Shown here: piece after piece, positions 6,501-15,173 of the stretch | Position numbering within the stretch: the stretch's first letter is position 1 | How the letters are laid out: the number at the start of each line of letters is the position of its first letter | Assembly (NCBI GenBank): GCA_963766075.1 | Contig: CAVYAN010000067.1 | Span: forward strand, 1 to 19,817 | Length of the DNA stretch: 19,817 nucleotides | Source: an uncultured cyanobacterium | Lineage (GTDB): Bacteria > Cyanobacteriota > Cyanobacteriia > Leptolyngbyales > Leptolyngbyaceae | Direction of reading: 5' to 3' | Position numbers and translations under genes: made by a program | Notes under the pieces: model-generated | The model's database searches: none | Told to the model about the DNA's origin: nothing | What the model saw: the letters and a program-made list of their open reading frames with translations, nothing else

Positions 6501-7009
6501 GCTCAACATTAGGCGCTGAATTTAATGGCACGGTGCAAATTAACACCCCTGACGTCGATCCAACCAGCGGCCTCGTCCCACTGCCTGCCGCCCTCATCGA
6601 TCCCCAGGCCCGGGTTGCCACAGCGTGTGAGCGCATCCAGAGCAATACATTTCTAATCACGGGACGGGGCGGCCTGCCGCAGGATGCCGCCCAAGCGCTC
6701 AGAGGGGGCAGTGTGTGGTCGGATTTACGCGAATCGTCAAGCGCAGCAAATTTGAGCCAAACTTCGGGGAGGAAACGGGGTTCCGAACGGGCTGATTCGA
6801 CTGGTTCGGGTGAGATGAGTGCGGGTGGAGGAAGTACGGGTGGAGGAAGTGCGGGGAGATCGCACCGCACCAGTCCCACCGTAGCTCCCGCGCCGTTAGT
6901 GGAAGCTATGGGCTGGTTCCGGAATGAAAAAGGGCAAGTTTTTCTCGTCGCAGGATCCCACAGCCCTAGCCAATCCCCCGGGACTTCAGTTGTACAATGT
7001 CGGAGATGA
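3575..7009 (+). CDS. Filamentous haemagglutinin N-terminal (TPS) domain-containing exoprotein, cyanobacterial type
   Basis: Signal-peptide-like stretch ending LQA-QI; TPS motifs NLFHSFDRF, NIISRVTGG, NLFLINPNGILFGPNA; about 8-9 beta-helical repeats of about 64 aa; C-terminal FLITGRGGLP and LVEAMGW motifs typical of cyanobacterial members. Start may be ATG 3626 instead of GTG 3575. Confidence 0.93.
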   Translation: MTTEPAANTLSQIKDSPMSAPPRKILLGYPLAAWLVTFSSCLLPTPLQAQIAGDATVGTRVNGQLTNPCGGGICTITGGTAAGGNLFHSFDRFSIPTGGEARFDTTGVAGIQNIISRVTGGSLSDINGTISVVGASSGANLFLINPNGILFGPNASLNLGGSFIASTASSLVFADGSQFSAATPTHSPLLTISVPIGLQYGANPGSIQVQGPGNNLSLDASFAFVHSNPPPPGTLSVQAGKTLALVGGPVSITGGNLFALGGQIEVGSVGGPGTVSLTPNTSGWSLGYQNVGSFGDITLSKAALLNASGPGGGAIQVQGQTVRVLDGSLIVSDTLGSGTGAPVTIRAASALEVSGFDPKNLYTSSIITDANPNASGRGGDLTVEAGNVWVRDGGSIATTTYGLGTAGSLMVKAPNVEVRGSANVGYESLSSISTFVLPGAKGQGGNLTLQTQNLRVADGGTVSTNTFDAGNAGTLAVQATNISLSGQSPLDGVSSGLYATVFSGATGNGGNLAIATQQLQVIGGANVSASTFGSGNAGTLTLTAADIALTGTSTTGNPSGVFAQVGRNATGQGGNVAITAQNLHLDQGANVSASTSGAGNAGTLTLNTNQISIIGTSDQGNPSGVFAQVGRNATGNGGNVAITTQGLQATGGGTVSVNTFGSGNAGTLAINAQTIELMGISTSGNPSGLFAQVRPGARGNGGSVAVTTQNLRISEGATVSASTFGGGNAGTLGVKAADIEIWGTSAAGNPSGLSAQVEAGSTGQGNDLRVETDRLHIWNGGQIGTTTFSSGNAGNLTVAAGTVVLDGTSAETRSGLFASAIAGTGDGGNIAVTADSLLIQNGAAIGVSNFQSRNTLPPGQGAAGNIQVDVRSLKLDQDGRITADSAGGSRGNIAINATEATILRHGSMISTNAQGSATGGNIFLTTPFLVVPALENSDITANAVNNRGGQVIVNARSLLGTQFQLQLTPKSDITASSTLGAEFNGTVQINTPDVDPTSGLVPLPAALIDPQARVATACERIQSNTFLITGRGGLPQDAAQALRGGSVWSDLRESSSAANLSQTSGRKRGSERADSTGSGEMSAGGGSTGGGSAGRSHRTSPTVAPAPLVEAMGWFRNEKGQVFLVAGSHSPSQSPGTSVVQCRR

Positions 7010-7204
7010 TGCAGTGGGGCACACAATCCCTAGGAGCCTTGATCAACAGGTCTTGCGCTTGGGCGATGATGTGGGTTCCGGAAAGCTGGGTGATTGTAGG
7101 CTTCGCCAGATCCCTCCCCCGCTGCGGTATCGCCTCGGGCAAACCCTCCTGGTAATCACAGGCAGGCCCGGGCTTTCCAGTCCCCTTGAAATCCTTGAGC
7201 TGGA

Positions 7205-10200
7205 ATGGCACTATTACACGGGAGTTGGCTATTTTCGGGGTCTTCCCCTACCACTGGACCCACTCCGGGTGGATTATTTATTTGGGGAGAAGTTTGGCGA
7301 CGGCTAACCCCCGATCTCGGCTATAGCACCGCAGGCAGTTCCGGCCCCACAGGCGGAGATGCAGCCAATGGTCTTGGTCCGCAGATCATGGCTAATCCCT
7401 ATGCCCTTTCTCCGGTAGAATTGGCCGAATGGTTGCAAACCTGGCAAACAGAGGGAAAACTGCGCTTGCCCGAAGGGATGCTGACGGCGTTGCCCGTCAT
7501 GGTTGCTCCTAAAGGTCGCGCGAAGCGTGCGCGGGCTAGCGTTGCCGCAGACGCGGCCTCGTCCCCGGTCTGGGGGGAACCTTGGCAACTGCGCACACTT
7601 GGCCTGCCCTCTGGCCTGCTCACCGATGGTGAACTATCTGCCCCTGCTACCCTGCCCTACCATTCTGCCGCGTTGGCGGCGGCGGCGGGAGACATTTTTT
7701 TACAGCCCTGGCAAATTGCGGGCCTAGTGCTGAGTCCACCAGAGGCGATCGCCTTCCTCAACTCTCTGCCCCTTAGCTTCATGGCAGATCAGTCCTTTCT
7801 AGCAGACGAGCTGCGTTACTGGTCCCACGTTGCCCGTTGGAGCCTCGATCTGCTGGCTCGGGCCAAGTTTCTCCCCCATCTCGTCCTGCCGCAGCCCGAA
7901 CCATCAATCCCCGAGAAATTGCCCAGAGGGCCGTTGGATCACTCATCGGGGCCACGGGCACAGTGGCAACCGCTGCTCGATAGCGCCACCGATCAACTCC
8001 GCTGGCTCAAGTTTACAGAGTCAATGCCACTCATTTGTCGCTGCGGCCTGCCCGCGACGACCATGGCCTATCCCTATTTGCCCTTGCCAGCGTCGCCCCA
8101 AGCCATTCTGCAGGATTTCCTCAACCAAACACTGGATGGGCAAGTGCGGGCGATCTCCCAAGCCCATCCGTTACCCATCCCCGACCGTCTAGCTCGTGGG
8201 GCTCCAAAACCCGTAGCGATCGCCTCCCCGATTCGCGAATGGCTCCAGGCTCTGGCAGCACCGACGGACATCCTCCCCACTCCCGGCAGTCTGGAGGCAC
8301 TGCAAGCCGCCCTCAACAATTGGATGGCCCCGCTGCAAAATCAACATCAGCAGGCGCTGTTTCGCACATGCCTGAAGTTGGTGCCACCGCAGTACGGCCA
8401 ATCCACTTGGGCCCTGGAATATTTCTTGCAGGCGATCGACGATAGCAATTTTTTAGTGAATGCTGCCACAATTTGGAACAATCCCGTGGAGCAGCTCACC
8501 CTACGCGGCAAAACCATTCCCCGCCCCCAGGAAACCTTCTTGATGGGACTGGGGTTGGCTTCCCGCCTCTATGCGCCCATTGAACCCAGTTTGCAGGCGT
8601 CGCGCCCACAATCCTGCACACTCACGGCCCTGCAAGCCTATGAATTTATTAAATCGGTAACGTGGCGGCTGGAGGATAGTGGGCTGGGCGTAGTGTTGCC
8701 GCCCGGATTGGCGCACCAAAATGGCTGGGCCAATCGACTGGGGCTGAAGATTCAAGCCCAGACGGGCAAGCTGAAAAAAGGCGACAAGATCGGCTTACAA
8801 AATCTCCTGAATTTCCGGTGGGAATTGTCGATTGGCGGGCAAAGCATATCCAAGGAGGAATTCGATCGCCTAGTCGCCCTCAACATGCCCTTAGTCCAAA
8901 TCAATGACGAATGGGTGGAACTGCGGCCCCAGGATATTAAAGCGGCCCAAACGTTCTTTGCCAGCCGCAAGGACCAACCCGCGCTGTCCCTGGAAGATGC
9001 GCTGCGTATCAGTACCGGCGACACCCAAATGATTGAAAAGTTGCCCGTGGTCAGCTTTGAAGCGTCCGGTTCTCTCCAAGAATTGCTGAATACGCTGAAT
9101 GGCAATCGAACGGTGGAGGCGATCGCGACACCCAAAACCTTTCAGGGAGAATTACGCCCTTACCAGGCCCGAGGGGTGGGTTGGCTCAAATTTCTGGAGC
9201 AGTGGAGTTTGGGAGCCTGCCTTGCAGATGATATGGGCCTCGGCAAAACCATTCAACTGATTGCTTTTTTGCTGACCCTGCAAGAACAGAACAGCTTGAC
9301 CGATCCCGTGCTGCTGATTTGCCCCACTTCGGTTCTGGGCAACTGGGAGCGGGAGGTGAAAAAATTTGGTCCCACGCTGGGGGTGTTGCTGCATCACGGC
9401 GACAAACGGCCCCAGGGCAAAGCCCTGGCCAAAGCCGTCCAGTCAAAACAGCTCGTGATTACCAGCTATGCCTTAATCCATCGTGACTTGGATTCCCTGC
9501 ACGCGATCCCCTGGCAAGGCGTGGTCCTAGACGAGGCTCAAAACGTCAAAAATCCCGAGGCTAAGCAATCTCAAGCAGTACGCCAATTGTCGGCGCAGTT
9601 TCGTATTGCCTTAACCGGGACACCCGTGGAAAATCGGCTTGCAGAGCTGTGGTCAATTCTGGATTTTCTGAATCCGGGCTATTTGGGACCCAAAAACTTC
9701 TTCCAGCGTCGTTTTGCCACTCCCATCGAACGCTATGGCGATGCGGCTTCGCTGCAAACCCTGCGATCGCTGGTCCAGCCCTTTATTCTGCGGCGGCTCA
9801 AGAGCGATCGCGACATTATTCAAGATCTGCCGGAAAAGCAGGAAATGACGGTGTTCTGTGGGTTAACAACGGAGCAAGCGGCCCTCTATCAAAAGCTCGT
9901 GGATCAATCCCTGGTGGATATTGAATCAGCTGAGGGCATTCAGCGCAAAGGGATTATTCTAGCGCTGATCGTCAAATTGAAGCAGATCTGCAACCATCCG
10001 GCCCTGTTCCTCAAGGATACAGAACCCTCAGCATCCACCGACGCCGTCTTTCAGGCCCGTTCTGGGAAAGTCCAGCGGTTAGAGGAAATGCTAGAAGAGG
10101 TGGTATTGGAGGGCGATCGCGCCTTGATCTTCACCCAATTCGCCGAGTGGGGCAAACTGCTGCAAGCCCATCTAGAACAGCACTTGGGCCAGAAAACGCT

Positions 10201-10609
10201 GTTCCTCTATGGCGCTACGTCGAAAAAACAGCGGGAAGAAATGATCGATCGCTTCCAGCACGATCCCCAGGGACCCCGGATTTTCATTCTGTCGCTCAAA
10301 GCGGGTGGAGTCGGCTTGAATTTAACTCGGGCCAACCATGTGTTTCATTTCGATCGCTGGTGGAATCCCGCTGTGGAAAATCAAGCCACGGATCGGGTGT
10401 TCCGGATTGGTCAAACCCGCAACGTTCAGGTGCACAAGTTTGTATGCAATGGCACGCTGGAAGAAAAAATTCACGATCTGATTGAAAGTAAAAAAGCCCT
10501 AGCCGAACAGGTCGTCGGCGCGGGTGAAAATTGGCTGACGGAAATGGATACGGATCAACTGCGGAACCTCTTGCTGCTGGATAGAAGCGCCGTAATTGGG
10601 GAAGAGTAA
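7205..10609 (+). CDS. Snf2-family (SF2) helicase/ATPase with long N-terminal region
   Basis: LRPYQ, LADDMGLGKT (Walker A), DEAQ (Walker B), LTGTPVEN, SLKAGGVGLNL, QATDRVFRIGQ (motif VI). Confidence 0.96.
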   Translation: MALLHGSWLFSGSSPTTGPTPGGLFIWGEVWRRLTPDLGYSTAGSSGPTGGDAANGLGPQIMANPYALSPVELAEWLQTWQTEGKLRLPEGMLTALPVMVAPKGRAKRARASVAADAASSPVWGEPWQLRTLGLPSGLLTDGELSAPATLPYHSAALAAAAGDIFLQPWQIAGLVLSPPEAIAFLNSLPLSFMADQSFLADELRYWSHVARWSLDLLARAKFLPHLVLPQPEPSIPEKLPRGPLDHSSGPRAQWQPLLDSATDQLRWLKFTESMPLICRCGLPATTMAYPYLPLPASPQAILQDFLNQTLDGQVRAISQAHPLPIPDRLARGAPKPVAIASPIREWLQALAAPTDILPTPGSLEALQAALNNWMAPLQNQHQQALFRTCLKLVPPQYGQSTWALEYFLQAIDDSNFLVNAATIWNNPVEQLTLRGKTIPRPQETFLMGLGLASRLYAPIEPSLQASRPQSCTLTALQAYEFIKSVTWRLEDSGLGVVLPPGLAHQNGWANRLGLKIQAQTGKLKKGDKIGLQNLLNFRWELSIGGQSISKEEFDRLVALNMPLVQINDEWVELRPQDIKAAQTFFASRKDQPALSLEDALRISTGDTQMIEKLPVVSFEASGSLQELLNTLNGNRTVEAIATPKTFQGELRPYQARGVGWLKFLEQWSLGACLADDMGLGKTIQLIAFLLTLQEQNSLTDPVLLICPTSVLGNWEREVKKFGPTLGVLLHHGDKRPQGKALAKAVQSKQLVITSYALIHRDLDSLHAIPWQGVVLDEAQNVKNPEAKQSQAVRQLSAQFRIALTGTPVENRLAELWSILDFLNPGYLGPKNFFQRRFATPIERYGDAASLQTLRSLVQPFILRRLKSDRDIIQDLPEKQEMTVFCGLTTEQAALYQKLVDQSLVDIESAEGIQRKGIILALIVKLKQICNHPALFLKDTEPSASTDAVFQARSGKVQRLEEMLEEVVLEGDRALIFTQFAEWGKLLQAHLEQHLGQKTLFLYGATSKKQREEMIDRFQHDPQGPRIFILSLKAGGVGLNLTRANHVFHFDRWWNPAVENQATDRVFRIGQTRNVQVHKFVCNGTLEEKIHDLIESKKALAEQVVGAGENWLTEMDTDQLRNLLLLDRSAVIGEE

Positions 10610-10633
10610 AGAAAAGCGAGAGATCTAAACCCA

Positions 10634-11005
10634 ATGCAGGAACCGAATTTGCAGTCCGGACTGACGGCCTTTGCCAACCAAGACTATGGGCACGCCTGGG
10701 AGTTATTGCTGCCCTTTGCCCTGTATGGACAGGCAGAAGCCCAGTGCTTGATTGCCAGCATGTACCATTGGGGTTTAGGTCGCCCCGCAGATCTGCCAAA
10801 GGCGATTGAGTGGTATCGCCAAGCGGCGCACCAGAACTACGGCATGGCCTCCAACAACCTAGCGGCAATTTTGGCCCAGGGTTATGGCAACATGCCACCC
10901 GATCCAGAGACGGCAGATAGCCTCTACGCCAAAGCCCAGGAACAAGGATGGCAACACGCGCCCCAGGCGCTCATCGACTTGTTAGCGGATGTCTCAAAAA
11001 ATTAG
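10634..11005 (+). CDS. Sel1-like repeat (TPR-related) protein
   Basis: AEAQCLIASMYHWGLGRPADLPKAIEWYRQAA and ASNNLAAILAQGYG..AxxLYAKA match the SLR consensus; 24 nt after the helicase stop. Confidence 0.88.
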   Translation: MQEPNLQSGLTAFANQDYGHAWELLLPFALYGQAEAQCLIASMYHWGLGRPADLPKAIEWYRQAAHQNYGMASNNLAAILAQGYGNMPPDPETADSLYAKAQEQGWQHAPQALIDLLADVSKN

Positions 11006-11052
11006 AGGATGTCGCAGAAATTAGGCGATTTCCAGAAAAGAAGCTACCACCC

Positions 11053-11136
11053 AGATTGCTCCCTGAGCGGAGTCGAAGGGAGCAATCTTTCGCTGGCTGA
11101 GCGGAGTCGTAGTTCACTTCCCGCAGGGTAGCCAGC
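11053..11136. repeat. Pair of small palindromic dispersed-repeat (REP/SDR-like) elements between convergent genes
   Basis: AGATTGCTCCCT-GAGCGGAGTCGA-AGGGAGCAATCT (12-bp stem), then GCTGGCT-GAGCGGAGTCG-[20 nt]-AGCCAGC with the same core. Confidence 0.7.
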
Positions 11137-11176
11137 AGAACTCTGATCTAACAGGTATATTATTTCGTAAATCGCC

Positions 11177-11836
11177 TTAATACTCCCGGATCGTGTCGTA
11201 GCCTTCGTTCACCGGCGTTTTCAGTTTGGATTTTGCTTTGGCTGCGCTTTTCTTCAGGGCATCCAGCCGGGTTTCGTATTGCGATCGCAGCTTTTTCTTC
11301 GGGGACTGCTCCACCAAGGTTTTCAGGGCACTGCCCAGACTCTTGTAAGCATTGGGCAAGGTATAGCCAAAACGGGTAGCCAGGGCAATGGCCTTTTCGT
11401 CCGCTTCAATTAAGTCTTTGATCACGCGATCGCCGCCATTCTTTTGATATAACCGCCAGCCCGACACCCCACAAAGCACCAAAGCCAACACCAGCAACAG
11501 CCCATCTTGGACCCACAGTTCGCCAACGGCACCGCCTAAACCGATCGCTAAAGCCGCCATTTCCCAGCCATCCTTAGGAATGGTGTCATTTTGGATGCGG
11601 GCAACCTCATGCCAAAACAGTAGGTTGCGCTGGTCCAAAGCCAACTGCTCCCACTTCACCATGTCCACCTGCACCTCGATTTCATCCCGGCCAATTTCTT
11701 CGCAGGTAACGAGCGGGGGATTAACGGCAGTGGTGACTTCGACCGATACCCAGCTTTGCAATTCTGGCGGCAATAGGCTCCGAAGCCGCCGCAGTTCACT
11801 CATTTCAGCCCTAGCAGACGATGCGTACGATGTCAT
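11177..11836 (-). CDS. Conserved cyanobacterial membrane protein, DUF3318-like
   Basis: MTSYASSARAEMSELRRLRSLLPPELQSWV start, LLFWHEVARIQ, two TM helices, EADEKA; family recognised from memory. Start taken at ATG 11836. Confidence 0.8.
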   Translation of the reverse strand: MTSYASSARAEMSELRRLRSLLPPELQSWVSVEVTTAVNPPLVTCEEIGRDEIEVQVDMVKWEQLALDQRNLLFWHEVARIQNDTIPKDGWEMAALAIGLGGAVGELWVQDGLLLVLALVLCGVSGWRLYQKNGGDRVIKDLIEADEKAIALATRFGYTLPNAYKSLGSALKTLVEQSPKKKLRSQYETRLDALKKSAAKAKSKLKTPVNEGYDTIREY

Positions 11837-12003
11837 GGTAGTCCTGGGAACTCCCAAACTAAATAACTCTATTAAGCATCATAGCGAGCTAGGCTCTTCT
11901 AGGAAATGCCTAGGACGGTAGAGCAAACCGAAACAAGCGGGCCGATCGGGTTCGGTTGCGCAGGGTTTAGGAACAGAAGCGCCCACACAGAAGCCGATCC
12001 CAG

Positions 12004-12243
12004 CTATTCATCGGTGCGGCTAAAAGAATAGGTTGCGGGCTGAGTGGGGTTGGACTCGCCAGAATAGGAAACAATCACCCACAGGGGCACAACTAAGGTC
12101 AGTAGGGCGATCGTTGTTCCCAAAACGTTAGCCCATCGACTGGTGGGACGGTGAGCTGAACGATCCCATGAGTCTTGAGAGGGCATTCCTGATGACTGAG
12201 AGCCTGATGATGTAAAGCCTGATAACTTAGAGCCTGATGACAT
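12004..12243 (-). CDS. Small hypothetical single-TM membrane protein
   Basis: ANVLGTTIALLTLVVPLWVIVSYS hydrophobic helix; start uncertain (12282, 12243 or 12186). Confidence 0.6.
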   Translation of the reverse strand: MSSGSKLSGFTSSGSQSSGMPSQDSWDRSAHRPTSRWANVLGTTIALLTLVVPLWVIVSYSGESNPTQPATYSFSRTDE

Positions 12244-12247
12244 AGAG
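12188..12247. repeat. Four imperfect 15-nt tandem repeats
   Basis: CCTGATGACTGAGAG / CCTGATGATGTAAAG / CCTGATAACTTAGAG / CCTGATGACATAGAG. Confidence 0.8.
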
Positions 12248-12535
12248 CACGCTATAACGTAGAGCACAATTGGTAAAAGCATTCATCTGACTTTTTCCAG
12301 TTATCCCTAGAAAAACAAGAACGCTTCTATTCCCCTCTATCCTAATGAACTTTTTCGGAACTGGGTTACGTAAGGGTAACAATCGCGACCTGCACATACG
12401 GTCTTGACAACGGAGAAATAGCGTAATCGACTTCAGTCAAATGGCGGATTAGCACAATTTAATCATGACCTGAAAATCACGCCCTGCCCCCAGGACAGGC
12501 ATGCAAGTTGTTCGGATTGCCCCGATCAGAAGGCG

Positions 12536-12883
12536 TCACGATCGCACTTTCAACGTTTGATGGATGCCCTGCAACTCCGCCAAGATGGCTTTGAGCAATT
12601 CATGGGTTGGATCTGGCGGCATTTCCCGGACTTCGATCGTCACCTGCTTCAGTTTCAGCACATCTCGGGCGAACCGGGCGACTTCGTTGGGATGGAACAG
12701 CAGCACGTCATCTTTATCTTTACGCAGCTCGGCATTCAAGCGCCGGGGATCGTAGTCGGGGTTCAAGTTACGGACATCGGTGTTGGCATAGCGATAGATC
12801 GAGGCCCGCGATCGATTCAGAGTTTTCTGAACCGCTTCAATATCCATCAGTCCGTTGTGATCGTCGATCTGAACCATGCCCAT
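12536..12883 (-). CDS. Conserved cyanobacterial HTH-like DNA-binding protein (homologs often loosely labelled 'resolvase')
   Basis: LMDIEAVQKTLNRSRASIYRY resembles an AlpA/excisionase-type HTH; AAGGA RBS upstream; no recombinase catalytic domain. Confidence 0.7.
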   Translation of the reverse strand: MGMVQIDDHNGLMDIEAVQKTLNRSRASIYRYANTDVRNLNPDYDPRRLNAELRKDKDDVLLFHPNEVARFARDVLKLKQVTIEVREMPPDPTHELLKAILAELQGIHQTLKVRS

Positions 12884-12959
12884 TCATCCTTATTCGTAAA
12901 ACTAGATTCGGCAGACTAAACGCGGTGAATCTTAGCATGGGAACTTGGAGCGCGAGCAT

Positions 12960-13787
12960 TTAGCCTGCTCTGACGGGATCAAGCCACTGCAAAAGGGTAG
13001 CCTCTAACTGTTCCAATTCGCGATAAACTTCCTGGCGAACAAATTGGGCGATCGCATCAAACGGCGTAAACACCGATCCTGTTTGCCACTTCACATCAGG
13101 ACCTAAAGGAGTCAGGTGCGTGCCGGCCAACCGTTGGGTGCTGACCATCTGGGGGAAGCGGTCCACGAGGAGGTTAGAGAGCGATCGCGTTTGGTCCAGC
13201 GTATCATTGCGAAACTTAACCAGCAGATTGCGGCGGACGCAATAGCTATCCTGAATCAACGCAGCGGTTTCTGCGGGCGAGGGCGTGAATTCCATGGCGA
13301 AGCCCATAGCCCCATCCGTCACCAGCGAGGCGGCGAACGGCGAGGCGGCTAGAAATGAAGACACCTGCTGGGAAACCTGCTGCAGGAGAGGCACAGCTTC
13401 CCGCGCCGAAGAATTGTTGTAGGAAATCAAAATATTTCCGGCCCGCTCCACCGGATAAAGGCTACCAATCAGCAAATGCAGCTTGCAGCCCATACTGTGC
13501 CCCATGCCATAGATCGGCAAGGCGCGGCGGCGCAATACACGGCTTTCCAGGCTATAAAGGGCGCGTTCAAAAGAGCGCAGCACCGCCTGAGCAATATCTC
13601 GGTGATCAAAAGTATTAATGAAGGGCGTGGCTATGATAACGTAGCCTGCATCGGCCAACCGTTCCAGCAGGCGGCGATAGGTTAACTGGGGGGCAGTGGC
13701 AACAAAGGCACCGCCTAAAAAGTGAACGATTGCCACTGGGCGCGGTGGCACAAGTACCCAACTTCCCGAAATTTCCTGCCAGTCCAT
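12960..13787 (-). CDS. DUF1350-like alpha/beta-hydrolase-fold protein
   Basis: MDWQEISGSWVL, HFLGGAFVA, nucleophile elbow GHSMG, GTHLTP. Confidence 0.88.
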   Translation of the reverse strand: MDWQEISGSWVLVPPRPVAIVHFLGGAFVATAPQLTYRRLLERLADAGYVIIATPFINTFDHRDIAQAVLRSFERALYSLESRVLRRRALPIYGMGHSMGCKLHLLIGSLYPVERAGNILISYNNSSAREAVPLLQQVSQQVSSFLAASPFAASLVTDGAMGFAMEFTPSPAETAALIQDSYCVRRNLLVKFRNDTLDQTRSLSNLLVDRFPQMVSTQRLAGTHLTPLGPDVKWQTGSVFTPFDAIAQFVRQEVYRELEQLEATLLQWLDPVRAG

Positions 13788-13839
13788 GCGTATTTTTCGC
13801 CAATATTGGAATCATGCCCAGCCCACTCTGCAATCTTGG

Positions 13840-14991
13840 ATGGAATGGGGCCTAAAGCAAGACGATCGCCTCAGTGATTCTAGCATTTTTGCCATTGCCA
13901 TGGTGTTCGCCCTCGCCTTACGGGGACAATGCCTGAGCTTTGAATCTGTCGATTACAAAACATCCTTGTTAGTGTGGTACGACTTTATCCAAAGTCATGA
14001 CGGCATTCATGCTTTAAAAGAGACTTTTGCGAATTATTCACCGCCCTATTTGTATTGGCTAGTTTTTGCGGCAACGGCGCTGGCAGGGGTTCCCAAGGTG
14101 ATTGCCATTAAGCTGCTGGCCATCGTCTTTGACGGTGTATGTGCAGGATTTGTCTACGGAATCGTTCGATTGAAATATCCCACAGGCAAGCGGGCGATCG
14201 CCGCCTTTTGCACCATTCTGTTTCTGCCCACTGTATTTCTCAACAGTAGTCTATGGGGACAGTGTGACAGTATTTACACCACGGGGGCAGTTGCTTGCCT
14301 CTATTTCCTGTTACGCCAGCGGCCCGTGCCCGCGTTCCTAAGCCTGGGATTAGGCTTTGCCTTTAAGCAACAGGCCCTGTTTCTTGCGCCCCTATTACTT
14401 ATCCTTTGGGCCAAGGGCCGGGTCAAGGGCTGGATGTTTTTGCTGCTGCCCGCCACTTACCTGGTGGCCGTGCTGCCTGCCTGGGCTATGGGGCGATCTC
14501 TGCTGGATCTCCTCCAGATTTACACCGGGCAGATGGAAGGCTATCGCCACCTGACTAAAAATGCCCCGAATCTTTATCAGTGGATCTCGAATCGGTACTA
14601 TGACCTGATGGTGCCCTTGGGCCTAGCTGTAACGGCGATCGTCCTACTGGGGCTGGGCTGGCGCGTTTACCGCAGCCGCACAGAACTGACCCCGGACCGG
14701 CTGCTGCAACTCGCTTTGACCATCGTCTTTTTAGTGCCTTTTCTGCTACCCAAAATGCACGAACGCTATTTTTTCATGGCGGATGTCCTATCCGTCGTGT
14801 CTGCCTTCTATCGTCCTCAATTCTTCTGGATGCCTATCCTCATCCAACTGTCTTCACTCTTAACCTATACGGACTTTCTGTTGGGAGAACGCTGGGTTTC
14901 CTTCAAAGTTCTCTCCCTGGTCCTGATGGTATTTGTGGGCTTTCTCATTAAGTTGCATCTCCATACTTTTGCGAGAGGCGAGACCGCGTAA
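13840..14991 (+). CDS. Polytopic GT-C-type glycosyltransferase (Gpi18/GT87-like mannosyltransferase)
   Basis: Many TM helices; motifs [32 protein letters not shown]. Track start 13786 overlaps the divergent gene, so ATG 13840 is preferred. Confidence 0.75.
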   Translation: MEWGLKQDDRLSDSSIFAIAMVFALALRGQCLSFESVDYKTSLLVWYDFIQSHDGIHALKETFANYSPPYLYWLVFAATALAGVPKVIAIKLLAIVFDGVCAGFVYGIVRLKYPTGKRAIAAFCTILFLPTVFLNSSLWGQCDSIYTTGAVACLYFLLRQRPVPAFLSLGLGFAFKQQALFLAPLLLILWAKGRVKGWMFLLLPATYLVAVLPAWAMGRSLLDLLQIYTGQMEGYRHLTKNAPNLYQWISNRYYDLMVPLGLAVTAIVLLGLGWRVYRSRTELTPDRLLQLALTIVFLVPFLLPKMHERYFFMADVLSVVSAFYRPQFFWMPILIQLSSLLTYTDFLLGERWVSFKVLSLVLMVFVGFLIKLHLHTFARGETA

Positions 14992-15112
14992 AATCCCAGG
15001 GCAAAAAACCTGCGGTACGGTCCATCACCGCTGCTCCAGGCGCTTCTTACCACTGCCCATTGCCCATGCAAGCCGTCTCTGGAAAAATTCTCCCAATCTG
15101 TTCACGGGGATC

Positions 15113-15141
15113 TTGTCGGGAGGGGTATCCTCCATTACACT
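15113..15141 (+). promoter_or_regulatory. Candidate argB promoter with overlapping NtcA-type box
   Basis: TTGTCG (15113-15118)-N17-TACACT (15136-15141); GTA-TCCTCCAT-TAC (15125-15138) fits GTA-N8-TAC. Confidence 0.45.
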
Positions 15142-15173
15142 GCAACTGTTCCACTTGCATCCCCCTGCCGAGT

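Noticed and set aside
6313..7009. CdiA-like C-terminal toxin with immunity gene
   Set aside because: The C-terminus has generic cyanobacterial FHA-family motifs, with no VENN-type junction and no small downstream immunity ORF.
7205..10609. Anti-phage defence helicase system
   Set aside because: No methylase, nuclease or other defence genes nearby; resembles the widespread cyanobacterial Snf2 protein.
3713..10898. Numerous overlapping short ORFs inside the FHA-like and helicase genes, including 6313-7026 and 10296-10898
   Set aside because: Alternate-frame or antisense ORFs expected in GC-rich coding DNA, with no recognisable motifs.
12536..12883. Resolvase or mobile element
   Set aside because: Only an HTH-like segment; no catalytic recombinase domain, terminal repeats or transposase.
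15060..15173. Cys-rich N-terminal extension of ArgB
   Set aside because: NAGK similarity begins near ATG 15174, and this region holds the candidate promoter.
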